NCBI GenBank assembly: GCA_040285825.1
Contig: JAUPSS010000007.1
Coordinates: 2,516,689-2,580,688 of the forward strand
DNA length: 64,000 nucleotides
Direction: 5' to 3'
Source of the DNA: Eukaryota sp. TZLM1-RC
Lineage: Eukaryota > Protista > Metamonada: BaSk clade
Below are positions 1-13,965 of the stretch, one piece after another. The first letter of the stretch is position 1. Each line of letters starts with the position of its first letter. The notes beneath the pieces were generated by a model. It was not told the DNA's origin and made no database searches. It saw only the letters and a program-made list of their open reading frames with translations. The translations under genes and the position numbers were made by a program.

Positions 1-3000
1 GCGGATTTAGTACGGCGACGTGCTTTTGAAGTCTTGATAAAGTCTTTATACGCGGCAGTATTTTGGACTGTAGACACATGTTCGGTGGTGATCTCTTTTC
101 CAGGCCATTGCACTTGGCAAAAGTCACCATCCTGACTGAGCACTTTTTCAATGATGTGTTCTTCGACATCACCTGCAGCGACCCAGGAGTGGAATTCATC
201 GTTGGTGGGCAAGCTGGAGTGCCAAGGTGCTAAATGTTTGACGCTAGCTAGGACAATCGTACCTGTGCAGAGATTCTTAATATTCACAGACGAATTGGAT
301 ACGATTTCAGTAATTAGGAAGGGTCCTAAATAGTCTCCATGAAGCTTAGCGGAAGAGCCAGATGCTCTCAATACCAATTGACCAACTTCAAAAGGGTTTG
401 GAGTTGACGATCTAGTTAGCTTGGAAGCTTTGGAAGCTTGATGGTGTGCTGCCTTTTCCTGTTTCTCTTTCAATCTTCGAAATTTAGATTGAATTTCTTG
501 AATAAAAGATGACTCAGACGTCGAGCTTTCAATGATTTCAAGAATTTTGCCAGGGTCTGATCTGGGGGACACATCTGAGCCAAAGATCACTTGGTATGGG
601 GTGTGGTTGGTTATTGAGCTCTTGGAAGAGTTGATCAATAATTGCACATAAGGCAAGTATTCAGACCACACATCGTAGGCATTGAAGTCTACGAGCAATT
701 TCCGTAGGTTTTGCAGGATGTCTCTGTGTCGGCGCTCTACCAAGCCGTTGGACGGAGAAAACCTAGGTATTGACTTTGACACCTCTATGCCCAAAAATTT
801 GCTTAATTCGTCAAAGACAGCCTTGGAAAATTCGGGTCCATTATCGCTGTGGATTTGAAATGGAATACCAAAGATGGCACAGACTTTCCAAACTAATGCA
901 TCTGCAGTAAGATTGGCATTTATCTCTTTTAAAAGCACGATGATCGTGAACCTAGAGAAGCTGTCAATAAATACGAGGATGTATTTGTAGCCTTCTTGAT
1001 CTTCTGGAAGAGGACCAATGACGTCGGCATTGACGCGAGCAAAAGGTCTGTCAGCCCACAATGAACCGGTTGGGGAAACATGCAGTTTGGGAACTGGCTT
1101 TGTTTTCTGACAGGAGGGGCATTCTTGGACGTGCTTATTCATGTCGGTGAGCATGTTTGGCCACCAATAATCGCTGTTCCTGAGCTTGTTCAGGCTTTCA
1201 GCTTTGCTTGGATGACCTCCTTGCAGAAGTCCATGCAACAAGTTAAGGGTGTCCTTAATGAGTGATTTGGGAATCACTATCTTGTTGTCGTGAGTCATAT
1301 ATAAATCAAGATGATTGTTATGAACACAGTTGTTGAAAGAGGGGTCTTTGGAAGCTATGGCAAGCTTCTGTTCGGACCTAATCCTACAGAGCCATGGCTC
1401 GAAAATAGGCAGGTCGTTGGAACATCGTTCTCTGATGACCATGATACGTTCGAAGTTGTTTAAGTCTTCGATGTAGTATCTTTCATTTTCTGTTCCGTCA
1501 ATTTTATCAATGTAAAATATTGGATGAAAATTTGGAGGCATTTGATGGGACAAATGATTGATCTCTTGATGGTCTATAGGCGGAACTATTCGAGACAACA
1601 TATCAGACCAGAAGTTATCTTCCCCTTTGGTATGTACCAAATCAAAGCAGAATTCAGAGAATATGGGTAACCATCTTGTTACAATTCTGTTCTTCTCAGG
1701 AGCCGTGAACATGTAGGTAAGGTTTTGATGGTCTGTGAATATAACCAGTTTCCTTCCTTTCAAGTAGTTTTCAAAACCACTTTGAGTTAACATGAGTAGG
1801 ATAGCATAGAGTTCCTTTTGGTTTGTCGGCCAGTTCTTTTGCGAGTTGGTTAACAACCGGCTGAAGAAGCTGATAGGCCTACATTTCCTGTTGATCAAGG
1901 GGGTACCGGGGTCGTCGACTTGTTCGATTTGTTCCCATATGACGCCGCCTACAGCAATGTCGGATGCGTCGCAACTAATTAAAATTTGGTTTTCCAGCGG
2001 AGGTAAGCTGAGCGGCATGTGCTTCGCTATCAGTTGTTTGATCTTTTGAAGGAGTCCGTCGTGCATGTCGGTCCATTGAAGGCGTTGCGCGCGGGGTTTG
2101 GGTTTAACTTTGGAGTTATTTCCATCCTTCTTAGTCAATCTGATGATAGGAGCGATGAGCTCAGATACCTGAGGAAGCCATTCTCTAATGAAGTTGACTG
2201 ATCCTACGAGGCTGCGGACGTCTTTGATTGTCTTTGGTCTAGGTAGATTCAGCAAAGATTCAACGCGAGTGGGATCGATAGTCCGCTGTTTGTTTTGGAA
2301 AACACTGCCCAGTATCTTGATTGGGTGTCTGGAAGACACGAAATGGCACTTTGGGAGTCCCAAGGAAACTCTTTTGCATCTGGCTTGATCAAGGACGCGA
2401 CGGAGGCGTTCAATGAATTCGTCAAAGGTTGAACCTATGATTATGATGTCATCTATGTAAATGAAGACACCGTCTCCCGAGAAGATGTCAGCCATGACGT
2501 TTTGGAAAACGGCTGGGACATTCTTTAGGCCAAAAGCTGCACGTTTGAACATGATGCTTTTGCCAGGAATGCTCAGGGCTGTTTTCTGCCAATCCTTTTC
2601 GGCAATCTTGAGTTGCCAAAAGGCTTTGGGGAGGTCAAGGGTGCCTATGTAGTTCGCTTGGGAGAGAAATACCAGCACATCGGAGATCCTTGGAAGGTTG
2701 GGCTCAACAGGAATGGTGTTGGCGTTGACTCCGTCCTTGCCACTATAGTCACCGGTAAGGCGTGGCTTACGGTGATCTGGGTAGACCACTAGACAGACAG
2801 GGGAGCTGAACTCATGGTTCGATGGGACAGCAAATCCTGAGTCTATGAGTTCGTCGAAAATTTGGTTAGCGACCTCTAGCCTGGCTGGATTCAGGGTCCT
2901 GGGGGGTCTTCTAACTCTGACGTCTTCGTCGTAGAAGTTGATTTCCATGGGAGGGCAATCAATACCTTCCGCATGAGGCTTGAGGGTAAATACGTCTTCG

Positions 3001-3734
3001 AACTCCTTCAAAGTTTGAAGTAGGGACTTCTTGAAATGGTCGTTGTCGAGGTTGATGGTACAACCAGATGACTTGATGTGTTCCAACCAACGTGTGGAAA
3101 CGTTGACGACTTCCGAAGCTTGTGATATTCGATGATCGAATTCAGCTTCAGGTAATAGTAATGTGCGACAGGCGTCGTCCATTCTAATATAAATGCCCTT
3201 GTTGTTCATCAGCCCAAGGTGACTCAACAAGTCAGCACCAATGAGAATGGTCTCATGTCCAGGAACGATGCTGAACTTGTGTTTCACGTGTACAATCTGG
3301 GTAACACTACCTAGTCTAATGCTAAGGGTTCCAGAAGCAGTACCAAGGGACTGTGAGGTAGTTCCATCAGCAATCTTGTATGAAATGGTTTCGTTGGAAC
3401 GTGCCATGTTACAATTACTGATGACGTCTTCCGTGACTACTGAGCATGTTGCACCAGAGTCAATTATGCCTTTAACTTCGACATTGTTGATCAAGAAGTT
3501 TAATTGTAGGCAGTTGTGATTCATGGATTGTACCATAAAAATTGTATCAGAATCATGTCCATTTAAGTCGGCTTGTTCTGAGAGAAGTGAGCCTGACTGT
3601 TGAGTGTCTTGGTAGGTTCCAAGTTGGCAAGTGGATTGATAAGAGAATCTTTCCATGCTGAACTTTCTGTGTGTGGTTGTGTTGTTGTTGTAGGGGGTAT
3701 GGTTTCTAAAGTACATAAATAGTGACGGGAACGT
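1..3734 (-). CDS. pol: Pol polyprotein (protease, RT, RNase H, integrase, chromodomain), partial at the window edge
   Basis: The motifs I checked share one frame: IDSGATCS (~3464), YIDD (~2459), DASDIAVGG, HHCC, DVIGPLP, HSDNGPEF, SNGLVER, GPF and a chromo-like C-terminus (~160). The frame is -1 relative to gag. Its absence from the ORF track fits an ORF with no stop inside the window. Confidence 0.93.
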
Positions 3735-6700
3735 TTATTGTAAGAAGAGCCTCTGCCTCTGCTGCGAGTACCTCTTCGACTACGGAAACCAGAACCTCTA
3801 GAACTTCTACCTCGAGCTTGTTGTTGAGCTTGTTGCTCTCTCCACTTCTTGCTCCTTTGGCAGTCTTCGCTGGGGCACCTTTCGGTCGGATGGCCCTTTT
3901 TCTTACAGAAGTTGCATTGGACATCAGCGGCCTGGGAAGACGATTGTGGTAGGCTTCCTCCTCTCTTACTTTGTTTTGGGCGTTTACCTGGACCAGAACC
4001 TCGTGGTCTGGGGATGTCAGGTGGGGAGGGAACGACCATGGGAGGTCGGCGAGAGGCCTGCTGGTGAGTTAATTGGTTCTGATAGGTGAAATCGACATGG
4101 TTCAGTTGTTCCATGAACGATCTGGCGTTACAGAAATTCTCGTATTCAATTTGGAGAACACTAAAGAATTCGCCAAGGGTGTGCCCATCGCATGAGTAGT
4201 GGGAGGGAGAGGACCAGATCCTGAGGAGTCTGTCTCTGATAGGGATAATTCCTACGCTTTCTAAGACATGAGTAGCAACTACCCAGTCTGGAAGTCTATC
4301 AGCTGGAGGAGTGGAGCTTATGGAGAATGTTCTCAATTGTTGAGAGATGCCCCTAAATTCTTGGATGGCGGTGGAGCGAGTCAGAACTCTGCCTATGTTG
4401 ACCATGAAGTCAATCCATCTATTGCCATAGTCTCTTTCCGACCAGTCCATGTTGGTTGCGAGGAGAGCTCGATTAGCCTCATCCAGTCTGCTGAATTGGG
4501 TTCTTCTTAGAATTTGAGCCCAAATGATGCGTTCATCTCTTGAGGTAGGGACCGTGGGAGAAGAGATAGCTAGGTGAGCACCTTGGTATCGTAGCGCATT
4601 TAACACCTCGGGGGTGACACATTCAGCGAGGCCTCGGGGGTTGATCCTCATGGCTTGGCGGAACAAGTCCCATTCGTGAACTGGTTCTCCAGTGATGTTA
4701 CCAAAATACTCATCGATCGGTGGTTAGGAACCTTCTCTAGCTAGTTCTAATTCTTCACGTAGTCTGGCAATTTCGTTAGCTAGAGCTATCTGGGCTGGAT
4801 CCTCAACGTTACCTCTCGTTTCTCTTAAGACTCGGTCGGTACGACTCCAGAGAATGAATTTGTTGACAAACTTTAGGAGTTTATCAGCGTCTCTCAAATC
4901 ACAAGCCTCAAGATATGGACGTTTAGGACGGTCCCTACGTCTGTCATCTCGATCTTTTGATCCAATCATTGAAGAGAGGAGAAGGCTACTTTCGTATGTG
5001 CCCGAGAAAGGTGAATGATGTGAGGAAATGGAGGATGTTGAACCTGTCGTGGAAGGTGTAGGTAGGGGTTGAGGAGCTCGACTAACGGGAGTGATGGGAG
5101 CAGGTACTGCATCAGAAGATGTGGTGGGGGTGGGTGATTCACTGCTCACAGTGACAACGTCGTCGTCAGCTTGTTCCATAGCAGATTGGTTGGGGTTAGA
5201 GGTTTCCGTGATAGGAAATGAATCAGTTTCCATAGGAGGTTGTGGTGATTCAGGAGGTTGAGCGGAGGAAAATGGAGCTTCACTCTGTTGAGGTTCAGGG
5301 GAAGGTACTGTCTCTTCAATCTGGGCTGGAACCTGATAAGAAGAGATCGCTGGTTGAACCAAGCGTGTTTTCTCTATACGACCTTCTACCATTACCCACT
5401 TTAACATCCTGGATTCTATGCATCCAGGGAAAACGGTGACGAGCTGGAGGGCTCTTTGAAGATTGCCAGATCTTCTGTGGTCAGGACCACAATATGAAGC
5501 TATATGGTCAGGACGTCTGTCGTAAAGGAAGAGTCTTTCACCATATGTGGTTTCGGTAAACCACCACCCTGTTCTATAATTTCTGTCGATAAGGATATCG
5601 AGAGATGCGTTGTACCTAGGGCTGAACCTAGGGTATGGGCAAGGGTTGTAAACATTTAAGAAGAGGTTGTCTTCATCTCCAGCGAAGCGTCTGAATACTC
5701 CTTCTCGAGTAGTTCTCATGAACCTAACTCCGGGTCTTGGTTCATAAGTTGGTTCAGGGTCATTCCTGGAGGTTTCTGGGGTGATCCTTTCATCGGAAAG
5801 AAATGGACCGATTCTGGGAGAGATCCATATTCCTAAGTCGTTCTCGACTTTGGGACCGTAGAAAGGAGGGCGCTTGTTGCTCATCTCCGTGGGAGGGATG
5901 GCCTCTGGGTCCTCTGGAATGACTCGTGTGTCCCTATATCTAGCGTAAGGGTTGTGCTGACGGGAAGCACCATGATGAACACTTGAGCTAGCGTAGGAGC
6001 TAGTTTGAGAAGGGGTGTGTTCGGCGAGTGTAGAGGATGTTCCTCTTCCAGCCTGTAACTCTCTTTCCAGTCTGTTCTTGAGTTTCCAGATTCGATCTTC
6101 ATGGAAGTAACGTTCCAAATATTTTTTAGAAACCTCACCAGTTTTTCTATCAATTTCAGGAACATGTTCCGTGGGAGGAACCGGAGGTTGAGCTGTGTGA
6201 GAAAATTCCCTGGGAGGTTCCTCATAGTCAACCAGATCTGGAAATAATAGTTCATACCTCTTCCTTTGCTCTTCGGAAAGATGCGAAGGGAGGTTCGAAA
6301 GGCTAGGAATGGAATCACTAGCCTGGTGAGGGGAAACAGACAGATTATTAACTCCACTAACTGTTGAAGTTAGAGGAGATCCTGAAGTTGGAACAGCAGG
6401 ATTTTGGATAGTTCTCCTAACAGTTGGAACTGGAGGAAGAAGCTGTTGAGAGTGAGAGGGTGGAACCTCAGAACTAGATGAACTAGATGAACTAGATGAA
6501 AGGGATGAAGATGGTACTTCAATGGCCTTCATAGAGGGGGAAGAGGGTTGGTCTTCCAATCCTTCTTTTGCAGTGAGAGAAGGTTGAACAGTCTCTCTGC
6601 TCTGAGTAGAAGGTGAAGATGGTACTTCAGAACTTCTTCCAGGGAGGGGAGAAGGTGGGACTTCGGATGCCCCCAATTGCGAAGGGGGAAGAGGAGCAAC

Positions 6701-7054
6701 GGAATCCTCAACATCTTCATCGTCGTAGGAGACCAATGAAGGACTTCTTCCTTTAGAAGGAATAGAATCCTTAGAAGGGTTGTCTCCTTCCGCAGGAACG
6801 GAATCCAGAGGAGAGGAACTTCCTTCCATTGGAACAGAATCCTCAGGAAGGGAACTATCTTCCCTTGGGGTAGAACCCTCAGGAAGAGTTGCTTCAGGAA
6901 GCGCAGAAGCTTCAACCGAAGAAGGAGGCACGGAAGCAGGGTCTGTGGTTAGTAGTGAGGAAGAGGGACCAGTCTCTTCCTCAAGGATCCTACGCTGAGC
7001 CGGGGACGACCCAATACGTATTGATGGTTTTGGCTGTTGGTTATTGTCAGACAT
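3563..7054 (-). CDS. gag: Long gag-like protein, split by one in-frame TAA at 4724-4726
   Basis: ORFs 4724..7054 and 3563..4666 are in the same frame. Knuckle CNFCKKKGHPTERC, a basic R/G tail and an S/P-rich N-terminus. The ATG lies 4 nt after the LTR. Confidence 0.8.
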
Positions 7055-7058
7055 ACAA

Positions 7059-7175
7059 TGTAGAGTAACAGAAGTGTAATTTATTACGAAGAGGAATTAT
7101 ATTCACTCTTCTTAAGCTAACAGGTGGAATACTAATAACTAAACTATTAACTATAAATACTATTCAAGACTAACA
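7059..7175 (-). repeat. 5' LTR, family 1 (117 bp)
   Basis: TG...CA ends, with a clearly homologous copy at 26233-26351. Confidence 0.9.
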
Positions 7176-7912
7176 ATTTTGCAAAAGTCAGTGGTAAGGA
7201 GAGCAAGTTTCTTGGAGGAAGTTCCACAATATCAGAGGGGAAACATTTAGACCAAATATTGGGTGAAAGAGTTTCAATTTCCTGTCGCAAAGAAATAAGA
7301 TAAGAGCTGCCACAATTTTCAATGAGATCAATTTTTTCAGGAAAACGATTCACAAATTCATAAATAAAATTTTTACCACCTCCAATAAAGGCAGCTTTAC
7401 AAAGGTAGCTTGATTTATGAAAATCAACACCACCACAATTTGTAACACAAAAAATGTGGCTTCGTAACTGAGATGCATCAATTTCCAATAATTTTGCTAA
7501 AAAATTGGTTCTTTGTTCATTAAAAATTCGACAAAACTCCAAAAAAATTGATGGTGATGTTGATTTCAAAATATAAGTAAATTTTCCAGAATAACAGATT
7601 TTTTGGAAAAAGAATTTCAAATGTTTCTCAATATTTAAATTGTCTATTGATTCTAATTCATTTCCAAATTGAGTCAACAGAGTCGAAAGTTGGCCTTTGA
7701 CTTCATCAATATTTCCAAGATAACAACCCAAAAAACGAAAATCAGACTGATCATAATTGATAAAGGGGACATTGACATCATTAATGAAACAATGAATTGG
7801 TTCATGGCCAATAATCAAACATTTGGAGATATTCAATGAGAGACCAGTATCTTCATAACGCTGTTGAATAAAAGTTGCTATTTGTTTCAGAATTGTAATA
7901 GGAGCAATTACA
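7176..7912 (-). mobile_element. CRE-like non-LTR retrotransposon fragment (post-RT region)
   Basis: FRFLGCYLG and GGVDF (GGLG-like) motifs; similar to the copies at 40.3-41.2 kb and 52.3-52.8 kb. Confidence 0.8.
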
Positions 7913-8090
7913 GAATGGTAAAACTAATTTCTTATTCACTCTCTTCTTATGGGAAATTTTCTGAATCTTTAGCAATTAATTGTTTTGATGTAGGGGAGGC
8001 AAACTTTGAGGATGTGGAGCTTTAGTTGTGTATTTTATGTTTTCATATTTCTTGTTAAATGAATAAAATTGAAAAACAGATTAAACAAAA
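7913..8090 (+). mobile_element. 3' end of non-LTR family B
   Basis: Matches the reverse complement of 56140-56300 (MVKLIS..DVEF/L* followed by an A-rich tail). Confidence 0.75.
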
Positions 8091-8112
8091 AATGCTAATT
8101 ACAAAAATTCTC

Positions 8113-9675
8113 AGTATCCATGGTGCTCAATTGCAATATATGCCGGAATTAATGCCGTATTTTCAATCAACATATTGCACATATTCTAATTTACATTTTG
8201 GTAATAACATTTTGAGTTCATCAAGTGGTGTAAAGCAAGGAGATCCGTTAGGACCTCTTTTGTTTTGTTTGACCATTCATCCTATTTTACTGCAAATTCA
8301 AGAGATGTTTCCTTCACTAAAAATGATTACATATATGGATGATGTTGTGCTTATTGGTGATTTAAATATTGTGAAACAAGCAACTGTATGTTTCAAAGAA
8401 TTAGTTACCAAAATTGGTCCCCGACTTAATTTACTTAAATGTGATTTGTTATCGCATTCTCCAGTTTCCACAATAGTTGATGGTATTGAAATTCAAGCCA
8501 AATTATATTCAATTGATGCTATTCGTCATTTGGGTTCGTTTTTAGGAAATAATGATGAAATTACCATAAAATTGTTTGAAAAGTTGAACTCAATTTCTGA
8601 CAAAATTGACCGAATGATGAATTTAGATATAAAAACACATCAAATTTACCATTATAAGACTGTGTTTTAGTTCCAATTTTAATCATATATTTCGATCTAC
8701 AAATCCTCTCGTCACTAGACCTTTGGCTCAGAAGTTTAATGAGTTACGTGCAAAAGTTCTGTCTCAATTACTGGGATGTAAAATGTTTCAAATTCCAGAT
8801 CATGCTTACCTTAGTGCACAATATGGCGGTTTAGGATGGACGAAGGCTTCTATTCTTACCTCGTGTGCTTTTGTTGGTGGATGCAGAAATGCAATCTTTG
8901 AGTTTTCCGAAAGATTTGCAGATTGGGAAAATTTATTGATGACAACGCAAAGTTCCACTGTTTTTGCATTAAATGAAGAAATTTCAAAAATTGATGTAGA
9001 AAAATGGGGTCGATGTTTTCCCCAATCATTCAATGGCAATATTCCAGAAAAAAATGTTTTAAATTTGAAGTACACTCTTCGAACATTACAGAAACGATTG
9101 ACTGGAATGTATGAAAAAGATCTTTATAATAATATATGCAGCTCGGCTGTTTTAAATCAAGATCTTCACTCATTGTTATTGGAAAACGGTGTTTGTGAAA
9201 ACAAGTCGTCAGATTCTTCACTTTTTGTAACCATTGTACCACGAAGATTTGGTGTGTGTGCCACTAATGAAGCATTTGTGACAAAAATGAGATTATATTT
9301 GAACATCCCCATTAATCAATTATTATCAATAGAAAAATGTATTTGTTCGAATTCACCTCAACTCACTTTGCGCCATGCTCTGAATTGCTCTAAATTGATA
9401 ACTTATCGTTCTTCATTACATGATGCTGTTAGAGACACTGTTTTCAATATGGCACAAACTGCAAGGATATCGTGTATCAAAGAGCCCCTGCTGAAGGAAA
9501 CACTTTCTCTAAATCATTTTGATTCTGATGAGAACCAAGAGAAGCTTTAGCTAGACAGGAAGCAGATCAAGATTTTGTAGAGGAAATCTTGGTTCAATGA
9601 TAGTCGTCCCATTAGTATTGAGTTAATTTAATTAAGTGTGCAAATTCAATGAAGATAAAATAATTGAAAAATTCT
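8113..9675 (+). mobile_element. CRE-like non-LTR retrotransposon family A, 5'-truncated, frameshifted, internal deletion near 9530
   Basis: KQGDPLGPLLF, YMDD, GGLG and CxC..H...C knuckle. Near-identical to the 12.8-14.0 kb and 54.7-57.3 kb copies. Confidence 0.92.
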
Positions 9676-9687
9676 CACTTTTTAGGA

Positions 9688-9746
9688 TTTTGCTAAACTT
9701 GTACCAACATTTTTGCTAAACTTGTACTTTTTGCTAAACTTGTACT
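9688..9746. repeat. Short tandem repeat TTTTGCTAAACTTGTAC x3
   Basis: Read directly from the sequence. Confidence 0.85.
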
Positions 9747-9779
9747 TTCTAAAAATTTTATCATAATACAATATCCTGA

Positions 9780-10310
9780 AGGCGATAGTGCTAGAGTGAA
9801 TGATATCAGTGCCCTACAAAGAAGTTCTTCCTTCAGGACCCTCTTGGAATCTTGGAAAAGATGGAGTAACCAACAAGGCTTTGCTTTTCACTTATGTGCT
9901 CATAAACTTGGTGTCTCTGTGTATTTACGATGTTGCTGTTGTGCTAATCAATGAAACCTTATCCTCAATGAAACTTTTATTGAACCATTTCCTGTTCACT
10001 TACAAGAACTGGATTTGTGGAGCAACTAGTTATTTCAAAAAGCTGTTGATTATATCGAACAGAGCTTACTACCAGTTGGAACTGAATTTTTACATTGCTT
10101 AACAGACCATTTCACTCATTTCAGTAGCTACACCACATCTTGTGTTGAATCAAATCATGTAGAGCTGAAAAGGAATCGAAAGAAGGCAAGAAGATGTGGT
10201 AATTGTGGTAGAGTAGGGCACTAAGTGTACGCTCCCTTGCGGTAAATGTGGTGTAAGCGATCATAAGAAAAAGGATTGTCCAAAGAATCGGAAGCATAGC
10301 AAGAACATAG
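9780..10310 (+). pseudogene. Degenerate Mutator/MULE-like transposase C-terminus
   Basis: YTTSCVESNHVELK (~10129-10170) resembles the MULE TTN.(V)ES.H..LK motif. It is followed by RRCGNCGRVGH* and CGKCGVSDHKKKDCP knuckles. Confidence 0.55.
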
Positions 10311-12761
10311 CATGATATACTATCTGAAGTGTTCTAGTAGTTTGGGATGTTATAAAGAGTCTCAGTTGATAGGTACAATCTGAACACTATCGCCGAGAAC
10401 AAAGCCTTAGAACAGCTGATGCGCTTCTGTTATGAGTCAATCTTTCTAGTATCTGTGGTTTTTATTTGGAATCCATCTTTCTTCAAGCATCATTCAAACT
10501 TATTCCAAGAACTTTCATTCTTGGTGAGATCGTCTACAGACGTTCTGGAATTGTCGAATAATTGGCCACCAATCTCAGTGAGCCCATTTCTCCTCTAGAA
10601 CAATACGTAGCTTTGAAGCTGGTTTCTTTGTGGTCTCTGGAACGCTTCTGGTCTGGTTCCATAATAGTGCTCACTAGTTGGAATTTCTAGCTGATTTAGT
10701 GATGCAGAAATGTCTCTAGACCAAACAGGTGTTGAACATGGGCAGAAACCCTGGGATATGAACACAGATTCGAACAATGACTTTGCTGAAACACCAAGCA
10801 GCCAGTTGAATACTGTCACGTGGTGAATTTCAACTTCACCATCTACGATGATTGATTGCTCAGTTTCAGTTACTTTTAAAATTTGGTTCATTTTCACCTT
10901 CTTACATCCACAAAACAATAAAACAAGCCGATTAATAGACACATTTATAATGGATACTGGATCTGTCGATCGAGAAAATTTCAATAATGAAAATTTGGAA
11001 ACTTCTATGCCAAAATTTAGTACAATCAATGCTGATCCCATCTCGATCAAGCCTCAAACTTTTGAAAAATTGAAATCTGACAACCAAAATTATTGTGAAG
11101 CTAATTATTGGTTACTCAACACCTTGGTCACGTCATATTCAAACTAAGTCAATCAAAGTCACGGTAATTCTGATTGGAATGTTGAAATTTTTGAAGAATG
11201 CCTCTATTCTTTTGATTTTGATCATTTTACATTTACTGATTTAAATGAAATTGTTTTGTTCCCATTTTCAGATCAATGTAATGAATAACAAAATTCTACA
11301 ACACAAAGAATTGAGGAACTTCGGGAAAAACGTTTCAATTATTGGCTTTTAAATCACAAAATTGTGAGATTACAAGAATGATTGGTCTCAAATTACACCC
11401 GCTTTGTCGATCAATTTTGATTGATGATGTTATTAATTTTAAATGTACTAATATTTGACCTTACTTGATGGTTTTCTTCACCGGTTTCAAGTAGTTTAAT
11501 ATCGATAATTTCATTTGTTGAGTGTTCAAAGTCCAGTGAACTAAAAAAACCTCATTGAGGCATTTACAGCTCAAGTTCAGAGGTAGAATTGGAGAAGATA
11601 TCACTCATAGAAATTGGTGAATATTTAAAATGGCTTTTGTGTATTCTTCTTGATTTTGATAGCAATTCAATTATTAGGCCATAGTCTATTTCTACTTTTG
11701 ACATCTATTTATGATGTACGTGAGATGTTCAAGATCGTTATTTCCAATATTGCAGCAGTTTTCCTCCAAGCTGGCATTCCTAACGCTGCCTCTGTTCCAC
11801 GTATGATTCTGAATAGTATCAGGAATCTCCCATCCATAACTGTCACTACTGTTGTTTTCTCCCAGAATCTGAACTTATAGCCAAACAATCCTATTCTGAC
11901 TGAAGTTACCATTTGAAGTTTGGCTTTATTTTGATAATAAAATTGTTAAAGTGATTTCTTTAATCAGTTTTGATACTCAATAAATTCTATATATAATTGC
12001 GAAAAGTTTGGGTTGAATTATAAGCAGGAACATGGTAACCAGGAGGTTTCTGAAGAACATTTCTTTGAATAGAGCGCTCCTGATTGAACTATATTGATGT
12101 TTTTGTAGTTCTCATTTAATGCTCTTTAACACTAATCATGATAAACTAATAGATTTAATTAATTCATTAATTCAAAACTTCACTTCAAAACATACCTGGG
12201 CAGTGTCACTGTACTTGAACGTTATTGTATATTTTTTCATTAAAATTTTTGTTTTATTAAAATCATACTCAATTAAACAACACAACTTCTGCAAACAATC
12301 AAAACTCTCTTCTTTTTCGTCTGCATAAGTTTCAAAGACGAGCCTCCAGGTTGAATGTGTACTATTTTGAAGGGAGTGCAGTTTGAAGCCCTCAGTGGGT
12401 GTTTCGTTCAAAGTTGAGGACATGAAGTTGATGAGTAAATGTGTCTTTATTGATTTAACGAGTATGTTTTGTACAAAAGATTCAATTTGTCATAACACCA
12501 TGACAGCAGTGTTTCTTGTCATAACGTCATGCCCAGATATGCTTCCCTGTGTTTGAAGGCACACTTGTACCAATTGGGTGTGAGCCTAGTAGAGTAGCCG
12601 CTGTTTTTAGATGTATTATTGGTGAGCAAAGTAGTGAGTTGAGTAGTTTGACTTCTAATTTGATTGATTTTGATTCAACATTTGTTAAGTTTTTGGGTTG
12701 TGGATCTGAACTTGTCCCCATTTTACACATTGCTTCTAATGCTTTTGACTCGGTCAAGGCC

Positions 12762-13965
12762 ATATATGCCGGAATTAATGCCGTATTTTCAATCAACATA
12801 TTGCACATATTCTAATTTACATTTTGGTAATAACATTTTGAGTTCATCAAGTGGTGTAAAGCAAGGAGATCCGTTAGGACCTCTTTTGTTTTCTTTGGCC
12901 ATTCATCCTATTTTACTGCAAATTCAAGAGATGTTTCCTTCACTAAAAATGATTACATATATGGATGATGTTGTGCTTATTGGTGATTTAAATATTGTGA
13001 AACAAGCAACTGTATGTTTCAAAGAATTATTTACCAAAATTGGTCTCCGACTTAATTTACTTAAATGTGTTTTGTTATCGAATTCTCCAGTTTCCACAAT
13101 AGTTGATGGTATTGAAATTCAAGCCAAATTATATTCAATTGATGCTATTCGTCATTTGGGTTCGTTTTTAGGAAATAATGATGAAATTACCAAAAAATTG
13201 TTTGAAAAGTTGAACTCAATTTCCGACAAAATTGACCGAATGATGAATTTAGATATACAAAAACACATCAAATTTACCATTATAAGACTGTGTTTTAGTT
13301 CTAACTTCAATCATATATTTCGATCTACAAATCCTCTCGTCACTAGGTCTCTGGCTCAGAAGTTTAATGAGTTACGTGCAAAAGTTCTGTCACAATTACT
13401 GAGATGTAAAATTTTCCAAATTCCAGACCATGCTTATCTTAGTCAACATTATGGCGGTTTAGGTTGGACGAAGGCTTCTATTCTTACCTCGTGTGCATTT
13501 GTTGGTGGATGCAGAAATGCAATCTTTGAGTTTTCCGAAAGATTTGCAGATTGGGAAGATTTATTGATGACAACGCAAAGTTCCACTGTTTTTGCATTAA
13601 ATGAAGAAACTTCAAAAATTGATGCAGAAAAATGGGGTCGATGCTTTCCCCAATCATTCAATGGCAATATTCCAGAAAAGAATGTTTTAAATTTGAAGTA
13701 CACTCTTTGAACATTACAGAAACGATTGACTGGAATGTATGAAAATGATCTTTATAATAATATATGCAGCTCGTCTGTTTTAAAACAAGATCTTCACTCA
13801 TTGTTATTGGAAAAGGGTGTTTGTGAAAACAAGTCATCAGATTCTTCACTTTTTGTAACCATTGTACCACGAAGATTTGGGTTGTGTGCCACTAATGAAG
13901 CATTTGTAACAAAAATGAGATTATATTTGAATATCCCCATTAATCAATTATTATCAAAAGAAAAA
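12762..13965 (+). mobile_element. CRE-like non-LTR family A fragment
   Basis: ORFs 12664..13710 and 13726..14013 carry QGDPLGP, YMDD and GGLG. The fragment breaks at the zinc knuckle (KEKC). Confidence 0.92.

Larger units (their letters stand above)
1..7175 (-). mobile_element. Ty3/Gypsy (chromovirus-like) LTR retrotransposon; 3' end runs off the window
   Basis: 117-bp TG..CA LTR at 7059-7175, gag-like ORFs with a CCHC knuckle, and pol in PR-RT-RH-IN-chromodomain order. It is inserted into a non-LTR element at 7176. Confidence 0.95.

Noticed and set aside
151-3519. Plus-strand short ORFs
   Set aside because: Antisense shadows of pol; the same applies to short ORFs opposite dynein, RPL15 and MCM5.
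4724-4726. Alternative genetic code (TAA/TAG = Gln) explaining the gag stop
   Set aside because: RPL15, MCM5 and the Rad51-like gene end at TAA at the expected C-termini, and long host ORFs contain no internal TAR.
10320-12430. Short ORFs and coding-like decay here, and at 37.7-38.2 kb and 43.7-45.7 kb
   Set aside because: No motif I could identify with confidence; left unannotated.
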